Assembly: GCA_051599415.1 (NCBI GenBank) | Contig: AP039696.1 | Coordinates: forward strand, 248,001-312,000 | Reading direction: 5' to 3' | DNA from: Savitreella phatthalungensis | Taxonomy: Eukaryota | DNA length: 64,000 nucleotides | Shown: one piece after another, positions 44,282 through 53,478 of the stretch | Position numbering within the stretch: position 1 is the stretch's first letter | How the letters are laid out: each line of letters starts with the position of its first letter | The notes under the pieces: model-generated | Databases searched by the model: none | What the model saw: the letters and a program-made list of their open reading frames with translations, nothing else | Told to the model about the DNA's origin: nothing | Made by a program: the position numbers and the translations under genes

Positions 44282-45448
44282 ATGCTATCTGCGAACAATC
44301 CTTTCAGAGATCGCACTGAGAAACCTGCGGGCCGCTCAGACACATGCGAGAAGCGGGATTCAAAAGATATCGGCTGGTCGCGCAACCCTTTTCTAGACCC
44401 GAAAGCGCGCACTGGCGCGAGCACGAGCATAAATCTGCCTACAGTAGCGACAAGATCCAGCATGAATCGTGAGCGAGTCAGCAGTGAGCGTCAAGCGCGA
44501 TCTTCTCGAGAGGCGAAGCCAGACAAAAAGTCTTCAGCGGGCAGTTCACGCTCTACAAATCAAAATACAACCGCTTCTGGATCTGGTCCAGGAAAAAAGG
44601 AGAACGAAACTGAGGACCGGGTTCTTTCCCTGAAGGAGGACAAGTCGACAGGAAAGTCCAAGAGCTCATCTGGTCGACGCAAACATCTCGACAAGATCGA
44701 TTTGCTTGATGTCAGCGGATTCTCGACCGGTGGATTTCATCATGACGGGCCTTTCGATGCTTGTAATCCGAGTCGCAATAAAAATACAAAGCGAGCTCCC
44801 GTCTTAGCGTTCGCCAAGGACTCGACAGCTATGTCGCTAACAGGAGGTGCGCCCAATCAGCCTGTGTATTTCGGCGATCATGTCAACAATGCTGAATCCT
44901 TCTCTGACTATGCGGCCGCCGCATCGCCATCAAAACTGCGTCCATCTGCCGGCACGCGGTCAACGTCATTCGATCCCAGTGTGCCTGTCGATCCAATACA
45001 CGGAAACGTGAGTATCGGACTGGGCGCAACGACATTCCTTGAAGGGACTCCGGCGAGCTATAGCGCTATGATGGCCCGTACAGTGTCTGACACAGGCAGT
45101 GTAGATGCTGCGGTTGAGCGCATGCGGCCTAGGGCAACAAGCGAAAACGTTGGTTCTGGTCAACTGGCGCGGAAGAAATCCGTCATACAACGCATTAGGG
45201 GTGCTTATCGGGAACGCGCTACGGACGCACGCACGGTAGGTGAAGGGGCTTCCCCTCAGCAGCCCCTCGCTCAAACTTTCGACAACATCGCCAACGCAAA
45301 GACAGCAAATTTGTCCAGCACGCGCGAAGAAAGCATCGATCGAGGGGGAGAGATACGTCGAGCCGATAGCTCGAGTCCATCGGTCGATTCGAGTGGACCC
45401 AGCGGCCTGATTCGACGAGTCAAATCCCTGAGAGTCGGAAGGAAGTAG
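44282..45448 (+). CDS. PAL1: Pal1 cell-morphology / endocytic-site protein
   Basis: Signature DKIDLLDVSG..GGFHHDGPFDACNPSRNKN..RAPVLAF, plus GLGATTFLEGTPAS, two N-terminal NPF motifs and a terminal GLIRRVKSL. ATG is at 44282. Confidence 0.88.
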   Translation: MLSANNPFRDRTEKPAGRSDTCEKRDSKDIGWSRNPFLDPKARTGASTSINLPTVATRSSMNRERVSSERQARSSREAKPDKKSSAGSSRSTNQNTTASGSGPGKKENETEDRVLSLKEDKSTGKSKSSSGRRKHLDKIDLLDVSGFSTGGFHHDGPFDACNPSRNKNTKRAPVLAFAKDSTAMSLTGGAPNQPVYFGDHVNNAESFSDYAAAASPSKLRPSAGTRSTSFDPSVPVDPIHGNVSIGLGATTFLEGTPASYSAMMARTVSDTGSVDAAVERMRPRATSENVGSGQLARKKSVIQRIRGAYRERATDARTVGEGASPQQPLAQTFDNIANAKTANLSSTREESIDRGGEIRRADSSSPSVDSSGPSGLIRRVKSLRVGRK

Positions 45449-45757
45449 GGAAACAGTTTTCTTGCTCGATTCTCGAGACAATTGGTGGGATTTCTTTTCG
45501 TATCTCGGAGCTTCAAACTTGTTTCATACTATCGCTTGGCGGTGTGTTGAGATGTCATGCGCCGGCGTCGATGCTAGGCTATTGTCAGTGTTTCTCGCCT
45601 CCGTATTTGCGTGAGCGCTTCACCGCGTGTGCATCATCTAGCTGTGAATAGTCCATCTTTGTCCATGCGCCTATATGCACAATCAATATTTCATATCGAA
45701 GACTGGAAAGACATCGGTGACAATATCATGAGAGATTGAAAGACAGGGCATGAAGCT

Positions 45758-47269
45758 ATGATTGGTCACTTGAGGCACGTCTCGATGCTAGTCTTTGGCA
45801 CCTTGGCGATGTTATCACTTCTCGTGGAAGCCGGGGAGCATCTGCAAATCGAGCGGCTACCACGAAATCATCTGCGCTTCCTCGCAACATTTGAGACTGC
45901 TGTCGAACAGACTGATTCTGCCGTATTTCCGTACCAGGTGAGACAGCTTCTTGCGCGGACCATCGCTGATGAAGTCGATGTCAGGCTGACCAGGGGTCGC
46001 TGGCGCGATGCCTGGGGTCCCCTTCCACGGACCGGCTCCGCAGTGGGTGGCACTGGCGCTGAAGTGCAAGCACGCTTTCCACCCGGGTCTTCTCGCGAAG
46101 CTTGGATCAGCCTTGTCAACGACCTTTCCAGCTTGCTATGCGCTTCGATGAATTACATCGATTCTACACGCAGCTACAATACTACGCAGTCTGACGGAAG
46201 GGTGGCTTTCTTTGGCGCTCTACCCACGGAATCAGTGTGTACGGAAAACTTGACTCCTTTTTTAAAGCTTACGCCGTGCAGAGATCAGGCTGGTGTAGGC
46301 GAGCTCATCAAAGGGCACGATCTAGCAGGTATGGATTGGATCAACTTGAGGCTCGTCGTCCACCGCAAAGGAGCTGAGAAGCTTTCGCTTCTGCAGACGA
46401 TCGACTTTGTCGTCGACGTTGAAAGGCAAATGCTAACACAGCGCGGTGGCCTCCCAGGTTCTCAAAGGGCGGAGGATGTGCAGTGCGCCCCGGACAAATT
46501 TTACACGACTGACGTGACTTGCTTGCCGCTGGACCAGCCGCACGAGCGACGTATCGTTTTGACAGAGCTCTTTCCGGACGGCAAATTCTTGCGTTGTCCG
46601 ATGAGCTCAAAATCCGACTTTGAGGTTCTGTTGCCGTCTGGAGACTGGGTGCCATTGCAAGATGCCCGAAACGCCACCATCACACTCAATCCGGAGCTTT
46701 CATGCGATGCGAATGACCTTTTCGTAAATCGTGACCTCGTTATCGCCAGAAGTGCTTTGCATGGTCATCTGTCGACGACTTTCACTAACGCATCACCAAG
46801 CTCTCGCCAAGTCCGCTACGTCACGATGCTTCCCTGGTTCATGCGGCCACAATTGCAGACGTTCGCAGTCTCGGGGAACGGGACCATCGAAAGCACTCGT
46901 CTTATTCAAGGCAAACAGCGCAATCGGCCGTTCGTGCTCGATACATCACTGACGGTCGCACCTGGCGGCGAGGCGAGGTTGACGTTTGATTTTGAGCGCA
47001 CCTTGCTCAGATTCGCTGAGTACCCGCCCGACGCCAATCGCGGGTTCGACATTCCCGCAGCAGTTGTGCGTTATACGGACCGGAACGGCGACATCAAAGA
47101 GCTCAGAACGACGGGCGCATTACTCCCACTGCCAACACCAGACTTCAGCATGCCATACAATGTCATCATTCTGACGTGTACATGCATAGCATTAATCTTC
47201 GGCAGCATTTTCAATCTGCTCATCCGATTCCCCGCGAGGCATGTGGCGCTTCCAGGCAGGGATTCTTGA
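45758..47269 (+). CDS. GPI16: GPI transamidase subunit Gpi16 / PIG-T
   Basis: Signal peptide, then LTRGRW, LLCASMNYID, LPTESVCTENLTPFLKLTPC, EYPPDANRGF and LPTPDFSMPYNVIILTCT, with a C-terminal TM helix. Confidence 0.95.
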   Translation: MIGHLRHVSMLVFGTLAMLSLLVEAGEHLQIERLPRNHLRFLATFETAVEQTDSAVFPYQVRQLLARTIADEVDVRLTRGRWRDAWGPLPRTGSAVGGTGAEVQARFPPGSSREAWISLVNDLSSLLCASMNYIDSTRSYNTTQSDGRVAFFGALPTESVCTENLTPFLKLTPCRDQAGVGELIKGHDLAGMDWINLRLVVHRKGAEKLSLLQTIDFVVDVERQMLTQRGGLPGSQRAEDVQCAPDKFYTTDVTCLPLDQPHERRIVLTELFPDGKFLRCPMSSKSDFEVLLPSGDWVPLQDARNATITLNPELSCDANDLFVNRDLVIARSALHGHLSTTFTNASPSSRQVRYVTMLPWFMRPQLQTFAVSGNGTIESTRLIQGKQRNRPFVLDTSLTVAPGGEARLTFDFERTLLRFAEYPPDANRGFDIPAAVVRYTDRNGDIKELRTTGALLPLPTPDFSMPYNVIILTCTCIALIFGSIFNLLIRFPARHVALPGRDS

Positions 47270-47299
47270 GGAGATGGAAATATCATCAAGTCAACTTAT

Positions 47300-50200
47300 C
47301 TACGCTACTGTGATGCGTATCGTCTTGACCTCAAAAGGCGCCATGTCGAGATCGAAGCTATGTGGATCAATTGCGATGCACTTGACATCTGTCAATCTAT
47401 CCTCCAGAATATTGACGATATAAGCTGTCGAGATCGGCGCCGCCGTACAGTGCACGCGAACCTTGCCCCGTGCACCTGCGGACTCGAACACTCGGACAAT
47501 CAGGCCATCACCATCCTCGGCCTGCTTGACAGCGCTAATGTGGACTGTGTCGAGACCTCTCAGATAGATGTGACGTACGTCAAGGTCTTCCGGACGACGC
47601 CCGATGCGAACAGCCGTCGCGAATTCTTCTGCCTTTGCCTGCATCCGCACAACCGCCAATGGAGCACGATGGAAGGCCATAGCGAATCGGAATGTATGCT
47701 TTCCCATATCGCAATTTGCATCAGGCGCTTTTGGAGCGCGCAGGAGAGCCAGCGACATATCCGCATTGTGGACAGCACAACCATATTTGTCCTGAGTTAA
47801 TATTGAAAGACCCGAGTTCGCCTCGCTCAAATCGAACCAGCCATGGTGGCACACCTCGAACTTCGCCTCCTCCCATGTTGTATTCGTATTTGTTGGGTGC
47901 GATTGTCGACCAAATTGGGTACCGACGTGGTAAACAGGAGCATGCAAAGTGGTCGGGACCAGGAAGCGAAGCATACGCTTGTTCTCGTGCCACTCAGCTG
48001 TGCATGCAATAGATACTTGTGACCACACATTGGCCGGCTCGTCGGCATCCGTGTCTGCGCGTAAGCTGAATTCGACTTCGAGGTGGGTATCCTTCGAAAT
48101 CTCGTATCGGCAAAGGACAGCCGCATGTTTCCCAGATTCGTCCGATTTGATGGACAAAGTTGCGTCAGCTTTCAATCTTCGCGGAGCTTTCAGGAGATAA
48201 GTGAGCTCGACATCCCATGCTTGCCAGTTCAGCGGTTCATCTTCAAACAGCGCAAAGCCTGCGGGTTCAGAGAGCAGCTCGCGTCCTCGCTTCAGGTCGA
48301 CCATGCTCTCAATCTCGCCATGACGAATGCGGACTTTCAGCGAAGTGTTCTGCAGTTCGATTGCCCCGTCGTTCTCGATCGCATAGACGGCTCCGCGCAA
48401 AGACGGTTCGACGAGCTGTCCGTTACGGGACACGAACAATGTCGCTCTGCCAGAGGGTTCGCGGTGCACGAGAATGGCATCGTTGTGGGTAGCACCGAGG
48501 AGGCAAGGCTTTCCTTCCGCTGTACTGTTGCTTGTCATGCCGAGCGCGCTACAGGCTTTGGCGAGTAATTTCGAGGCCCTGTCCCGCACGCTTGCGTAGA
48601 TTGTGTCAGCATCGCGATATACCATTTCAATGGCACTGCCGGGCAGCACATCGTGGAACTGACAAAGCAAGACATCGCGCCACATTGCCTTCAAGTGGGA
48701 GTGCGGATAGCTATAGCCTTTTACTTTCTTCAGCGCAGCGAGAGAGGCGAACCATTCGAGATCGTGCAGCAATCTCTCGCAGGAGGCATTGTTTGCCTTC
48801 GTCTGGCCATGGCTGGTATATGTGCCTCGGTGAAACTCGAGGTACAGTTCTCCATGCCATGCTTTCAGGCTCTGACCACTGTTTGTGGCAACCTCGACTC
48901 GCTCAAAAAACTTCTGAACGGTCGAGTGACCAATGCGAGGCAAGCAATGAGCGGCACCGTGATTCGATGCCCCACGAAGCCGCCTCAGGCGCTCCAACAT
49001 ATCGACTGTAGGTCCACCACCGCCGTCACCAAAACCGTACGCCAGAATTGCGTCAGAACATTGGCGCAGGCTCTTATGGTCAGTTTCGCTTTTGCGGACC
49101 TCTTCGACTCGACATTCGGCGTTGTACGTGTTGGTCGGTGCCATGTGACAAATGACCTGGGAGCCATCGAGACCTACCCATCGGAACGTCGAGTGAGGGA
49201 AATCATTGATGTTGTTCCAACTAAGCTTCTGAGTGAAAAAGAAGCGCATCCCAGCAAGACGCGCCAATTGAGGCAGAGCTGCGCTGTAGCCAAAAGTGTC
49301 AGGCAGCCAAAATATTTGCGATGTTCGCCCAAAGTGCTCCCTGAAGAACAATTGTCCTTGAAGAAACTGGCGACAAAGTGATTCGCCACTAGGCAGATTG
49401 GTGTCCATCTCAACCCAGCAGCCTCCGACGGGCTCAAAGCGCTGCTTCTGGACGGCGTCCTTTACTCTCGCAAACAGCTCAGGATGGTCCTCAAGCAGCC
49501 ATTGAAATTGTTGAGCCTGTGACGCTGTAAAGATCATTTCAGGATATCGAGAAAGGAGGTCAAGCTGAGCTGACCAGCTCCGCGCGATCTTCCGACGTGT
49601 CTCTGCAAAAGGCCACAGCCAAGCCGTATCAATGTGTGTATTACCAATGGCGGCGATCTGGTCAGCTGCATGCGCCTCATGAGACGATCTGTTAATATCG
49701 CCGATGTACTCTCGCGCAATCTTGCGACATACTTCGATAGACTCAGCCTTATCCCGGTCAAAGGCGTCCATGATACGAGTGCAAACATCGAGGGCTAGCC
49801 AGCTATCACGAGAATCTGGCGGTAGCTTGTCCGAACAATCTCGGATGATCTCGAAATCATACCAAAGAGCCACGGCGGCCAGATTCGGGACAGCTACAGC
49901 ACATTGACGAAGCTCGAAATATCGACCGTCCGTAGGTGGTTGTATCGTGCCATTCTGACCATTACCGAACAGCCCGTTACAACTCTGTTCGATAAAGAGT
50001 GTCACTGGCTTGAATTCGGCAGGTTTATCCGCGAGGACAAATTCGATGCGCTGAGCGGACCCATCTGCTGCAGTACCCGTCAGTCCTTGAAGCACTTGTC
50101 CATCGGCCGAATACACCAGGCCTTCGGCCAAATCGAATTTCAGGACGAGAGAGTCTTCGTAGTCCTCCCACTCTGCCGGGTAGCCGTTGATCTTGACCTC

Positions 50201-50512
50201 GAACCAGTGTGTCGACCATGAAGGACCGAAGCTGTGCCCTTTCGATGTCGGCAAAAAACTCACCCCCTTGGCGCCAACAACATCCTTGAAAGCAGGTCTG
50301 TCAAGTCCTGGAACACTATAGACCTTGATGGAGATGTGCTCAGCTTCGTCCGAGTGACCCCGCCACATGAACTTGCGCAGATTGACGTCGCCATAATCGG
50401 TGTCGTTCAGAAAGTTGTTCAGCCGGTCCCTCAAGATGTGCCGGATGTCTGGGCCCTGAACACCAGAAGGCGCGTAACGAGATAGCGGAGGTACGTTTGT
50501 CATCCTCTGCAT
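47300..50512 (-). CDS. AMS1: Alpha-mannosidase, GH38 (Ams1 / MAN2C1-like)
   Basis: FGPSWSTHWF, IGNTHIDTAWLWP, WLPDTFGYS, GDGGGGP, ELYLEFHRGTYT, QFHDVLPGS and LLRAPKAPD. Confidence 0.95.
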   Translation of the reverse strand: MQRMTNVPPLSRYAPSGVQGPDIRHILRDRLNNFLNDTDYGDVNLRKFMWRGHSDEAEHISIKVYSVPGLDRPAFKDVVGAKGVSFLPTSKGHSFGPSWSTHWFEVKINGYPAEWEDYEDSLVLKFDLAEGLVYSADGQVLQGLTGTAADGSAQRIEFVLADKPAEFKPVTLFIEQSCNGLFGNGQNGTIQPPTDGRYFELRQCAVAVPNLAAVALWYDFEIIRDCSDKLPPDSRDSWLALDVCTRIMDAFDRDKAESIEVCRKIAREYIGDINRSSHEAHAADQIAAIGNTHIDTAWLWPFAETRRKIARSWSAQLDLLSRYPEMIFTASQAQQFQWLLEDHPELFARVKDAVQKQRFEPVGGCWVEMDTNLPSGESLCRQFLQGQLFFREHFGRTSQIFWLPDTFGYSAALPQLARLAGMRFFFTQKLSWNNINDFPHSTFRWVGLDGSQVICHMAPTNTYNAECRVEEVRKSETDHKSLRQCSDAILAYGFGDGGGGPTVDMLERLRRLRGASNHGAAHCLPRIGHSTVQKFFERVEVATNSGQSLKAWHGELYLEFHRGTYTSHGQTKANNASCERLLHDLEWFASLAALKKVKGYSYPHSHLKAMWRDVLLCQFHDVLPGSAIEMVYRDADTIYASVRDRASKLLAKACSALGMTSNSTAEGKPCLLGATHNDAILVHREPSGRATLFVSRNGQLVEPSLRGAVYAIENDGAIELQNTSLKVRIRHGEIESMVDLKRGRELLSEPAGFALFEDEPLNWQAWDVELTYLLKAPRRLKADATLSIKSDESGKHAAVLCRYEISKDTHLEVEFSLRADTDADEPANVWSQVSIACTAEWHENKRMLRFLVPTTLHAPVYHVGTQFGRQSHPTNTNTTWEEAKFEVCHHGWFDLSEANSGLSILTQDKYGCAVHNADMSLALLRAPKAPDANCDMGKHTFRFAMAFHRAPLAVVRMQAKAEEFATAVRIGRRPEDLDVRHIYLRGLDTVHISAVKQAEDGDGLIVRVFESAGARGKVRVHCTAAPISTAYIVNILEDRLTDVKCIAIDPHSFDLDMAPFEVKTIRITVA

Positions 50513-51683
50513 GCAATGCGACGCAGTTTGGGGACGGCGCTATCTCTTGTACTTGGAAGCACCTTTGTACTTCTGAACCCTGAAAAAAGCTTTATGCGAC
50601 ACGAGCATCGGTCAGCCTGAGCGTTTCACGCATTCCAATGCTGCACCTGAGAGAGCGTGCTACGTCACGGGAATGCTTGAGTGCGTGCGTCTCCGAGCGC
50701 GTGGCCAAACGTAACGTCCGTCTCCGGTGATGCGCTGATCACAACTTCCCGAGCAAATATCTGACTTGCGTCAGTCACGAAACCACCCGGATGGAGAGAC
50801 TAATCTGACCTGCGATCAAACTGTAATAGATCAACATGGTTAGCTTTTTCGCCAGGTTTTGAGAGACATCAAGCTATCTGCCGCCAGAGTCTTAATGAGA
50901 ATTCAGATCAGTGGGATTGGTCAAAGACGCAGAGCTAAATCCAGCTATGGCATCCAATCATCTTCGACTGTTTCTGACGGACGAAATGGCTATTGATGTC
51001 GCTGTCGGCACAGATATACAACTTGTGGGGCCTCCAGTGAATTCTGATCATGAGCATGACCATCTTTCCCCGTGTGGTCTGTTGATATCTGACACTCGCC
51101 AGGCACGAGATGAATCTCGTCGGGGTAGCATGACCAGGCGATCCCGCGATGCATTCTGATTCGGGAGGACTTCGCTTCTGTTGTAGCGGGGGATTCAGCT
51201 GGAGATTTTGGCTTCGGATGTTGAGCTTTGCATTGATCGCCATCCCGCACGAAGCTGTGCATGTTAGCACTATAGAACTCTGCAGTTCCAGTATGCACGC
51301 TCAATCGATCTGAATTACCTTGGCATACACAAGCTTCGATCCGCGAGTGCGGAATCAAGGATCATGTTCAATTCCTGCGGGCCAGAAGCAGCCCTTTAAG
51401 GGGCAGTGCTGACAGCTAGCTTGATGTGTGACAAGTGAAGCACAAAAACCACGTATTTAGCGCTTTTAGAACCTTCGACTGGATTTTCACGTTTCCCCCA
51501 GGTGGGATACAGATTTTCACATTTTCCTGACTGTATATGCCCTCAACTGGAGAGGTGGCACACAAAGCAGAATGTACTTGCTCTGGAAGCCCCGACGGGC
51601 GCCCGGCCCCGGCCCCGGTTTTTTGTGTCCGGCTCCGCGCACGAAGCGAGGCCGGATGTCTGCGAGGGCTCAGTCCGACATTC

Positions 51684-51690
51684 TATATAA
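51684..51690 (+). promoter_or_regulatory. Putative TATA box of the acyl-CoA synthetase gene
   Basis: TATATAA lies about 85 nt upstream of ATG 51775. A CCGG-rich tract near 51597-51618 precedes it. Confidence 0.45.
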
Positions 51691-51774
51691 CGTATCCATG
51701 GTCGAGATCCGGTGCTCGTCGACTCAACAGCACTGTCAATCACACGGCGATTCTTCGAAGACTGAGTTGCTATC

Positions 51775-53475
51775 ATGGCGGAGAGGTTGGAGCAGCTACA
51801 AAAGCATCTGCGACCAGCGCCAGGATGGAGAAGGAATTTTCATGACCTCAATCCTACGGCTTTCCTGCCTCGGGCTGCAGAAATCATGCCCGATGGTCTT
51901 GCTATTGTGCATCGTTCGGCTTCTGAGAAGGATATCCAGTACACGTACAGGCAGTTTGCAGAGCGTGCGTCTGATTTGGCATACTATGTGAAATCCCATG
52001 CTTTTGCGAACGTCAAGCGACGCTCGAATACAATAGCAGTGCTCGCAAGCAACACTCCAATGGTTCTAGAAGCCTACTATGGGATTGTTGCGGCAGGTGG
52101 CATAGTAGCAGCCATCAATTACCGGCTCAAGGCGGAAGAAGTGGCTTACATCGTTCGTCAGTCGCGTGCCGACATTGTCTTGGTCGATCGCGAGTACGTT
52201 CACTTGCTTGATCATGTCAAGCAGGAGGTAAGAGTCGTTGTCGATGACGATGATGATGGCCTGACGGGCGATTACGCGCGATGTCTTTTCGAAGGTCGTC
52301 GTTACGACGAATCGAATGGCTCTCGAGGCTGGACAGGCCACACCTTCGAACATGTCGACGAGAACTCCGTTATGGCGCTGATGTATACTTCCGGCACAAC
52401 GGGCCACCCGAAAGCCGTTGAGTACACGCATCGCGGTGTCTACCTCGGCGCACTCGGTAACGTTGTCGACTCATCGCTCAATTGTATCGATGCGTTTGGA
52501 AGGGGCGGCTGCAAGTATCTTGCAACGCTGCCGTACTTCCACGCCATAGGGTGGACTATGCCTTACGCATGTGTCTCGGTCTTTGCTACAGCCTATCTGT
52601 TGCGCAAGATGGATTATGGTCTGATTTGGCGCTACCTCAAACTAGGCATCACAAATCTCTGCTGTGCTCCGACAGTTGCCACATTCATACTGGAGCATCC
52701 AGACTGCGTTAAGCTTGAGAAACCAGTACGCGTCACTGTTGCCGCAGCTCCTCCTTCACCAGCGCTCTTCAGTGCCATGATCGCTAAGAACCTGGCCCCT
52801 GTTCACGTTTACGGCTTGACGGAGACGTACGGCCCACTGATGAAGGGCTACCTTCGACCAGAGTGGCTAGAGCTTGAGGACCGAGAACGATTCCGTCTGA
52901 TGGCTCGTCAAGGATACGGCTTCACCACTTCTAGAGCCGCACGGGTCCGTGTACAGGCCGAAGACGGGGTCACCTGGCTGGACGTCCGCAAGGATGGATC
53001 TCATGCAGGCGAGATTCATGTCCAAGGAAATATTGTGATGCAGGGCTATTTTGACAATTCTGAAGCTACAGAAAAGGCTTTTACGGCGGATGGATATTTC
53101 CGCACAGGTGATATTGCTGTTATGCATGATGACGGCGCAGTGGAAATCCGTGACAGAGCAAAGGATGAGATCAATACAGGGGGCGAAAAGGTGTCATCGA
53201 TAGAGATTGAGGCTGTACTGCTCCGCATGCCGGCATTGGTCGAGTGCGCAGTCGTGGGCAAGAAACACGCTGTCTGGGGCGAGACTCCGGTAGCTTTTGT
53301 GACCACTCGGGCTCATACGACGGCTGAAGAGGTTAGAAAGTTTGTGAAAGATCATCTCGCGGGTTACAAGGTTCCGAGCCAGGTCATCTTCGTTTCCGAG
53401 CTGCCGAAGACGAGCACGGGAAAAGTGCAGAAGAACGTGCTCAGAGAGCAGCTGAACCAGACTAATGGGAACTGA
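51775..53475 (+). CDS. AMP-dependent acyl-CoA synthetase with N-terminal PTS2 (probably peroxisomal)
   Basis: AMP-binding motifs YTSGTTGHPKAV, YGLTETYGP, YFRTGD, DRAKD and LPKTSTGKVQK. The N-terminal RLEQLQKHL matches R-L-x5-H-L. Confidence 0.9.
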   Translation: MAERLEQLQKHLRPAPGWRRNFHDLNPTAFLPRAAEIMPDGLAIVHRSASEKDIQYTYRQFAERASDLAYYVKSHAFANVKRRSNTIAVLASNTPMVLEAYYGIVAAGGIVAAINYRLKAEEVAYIVRQSRADIVLVDREYVHLLDHVKQEVRVVVDDDDDGLTGDYARCLFEGRRYDESNGSRGWTGHTFEHVDENSVMALMYTSGTTGHPKAVEYTHRGVYLGALGNVVDSSLNCIDAFGRGGCKYLATLPYFHAIGWTMPYACVSVFATAYLLRKMDYGLIWRYLKLGITNLCCAPTVATFILEHPDCVKLEKPVRVTVAAAPPSPALFSAMIAKNLAPVHVYGLTETYGPLMKGYLRPEWLELEDRERFRLMARQGYGFTTSRAARVRVQAEDGVTWLDVRKDGSHAGEIHVQGNIVMQGYFDNSEATEKAFTADGYFRTGDIAVMHDDGAVEIRDRAKDEINTGGEKVSSIEIEAVLLRMPALVECAVVGKKHAVWGETPVAFVTTRAHTTAEEVRKFVKDHLAGYKVPSQVIFVSELPKTSTGKVQKNVLREQLNQTNGN

Positions 53476-53478
53476 AAG

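Noticed and set aside
2274..49381. Many 100-240 aa antisense or alternate-frame ORFs overlapping real genes (e.g. 2721-3296, 16740-17456, 24789-25391, 41643-42302, 48653-49381)
   Set aside because: They are shadow ORFs expected from GC-rich codon bias. They have no recognisable motifs and lie within well-supported genes.
51340..51385. gttcaattcctgcgggcca resembling a tRNA T-loop and 3' end
   Set aside because: The T-stem does not pair and no cloverleaf or A-box could be built upstream.
47300..53475. AMS1 plus acyl-CoA synthetase as a secondary-metabolite cluster
   Set aside because: There is no PKS/NRPS, tailoring enzyme or cluster regulator nearby, and the adenylation enzyme is stand-alone.
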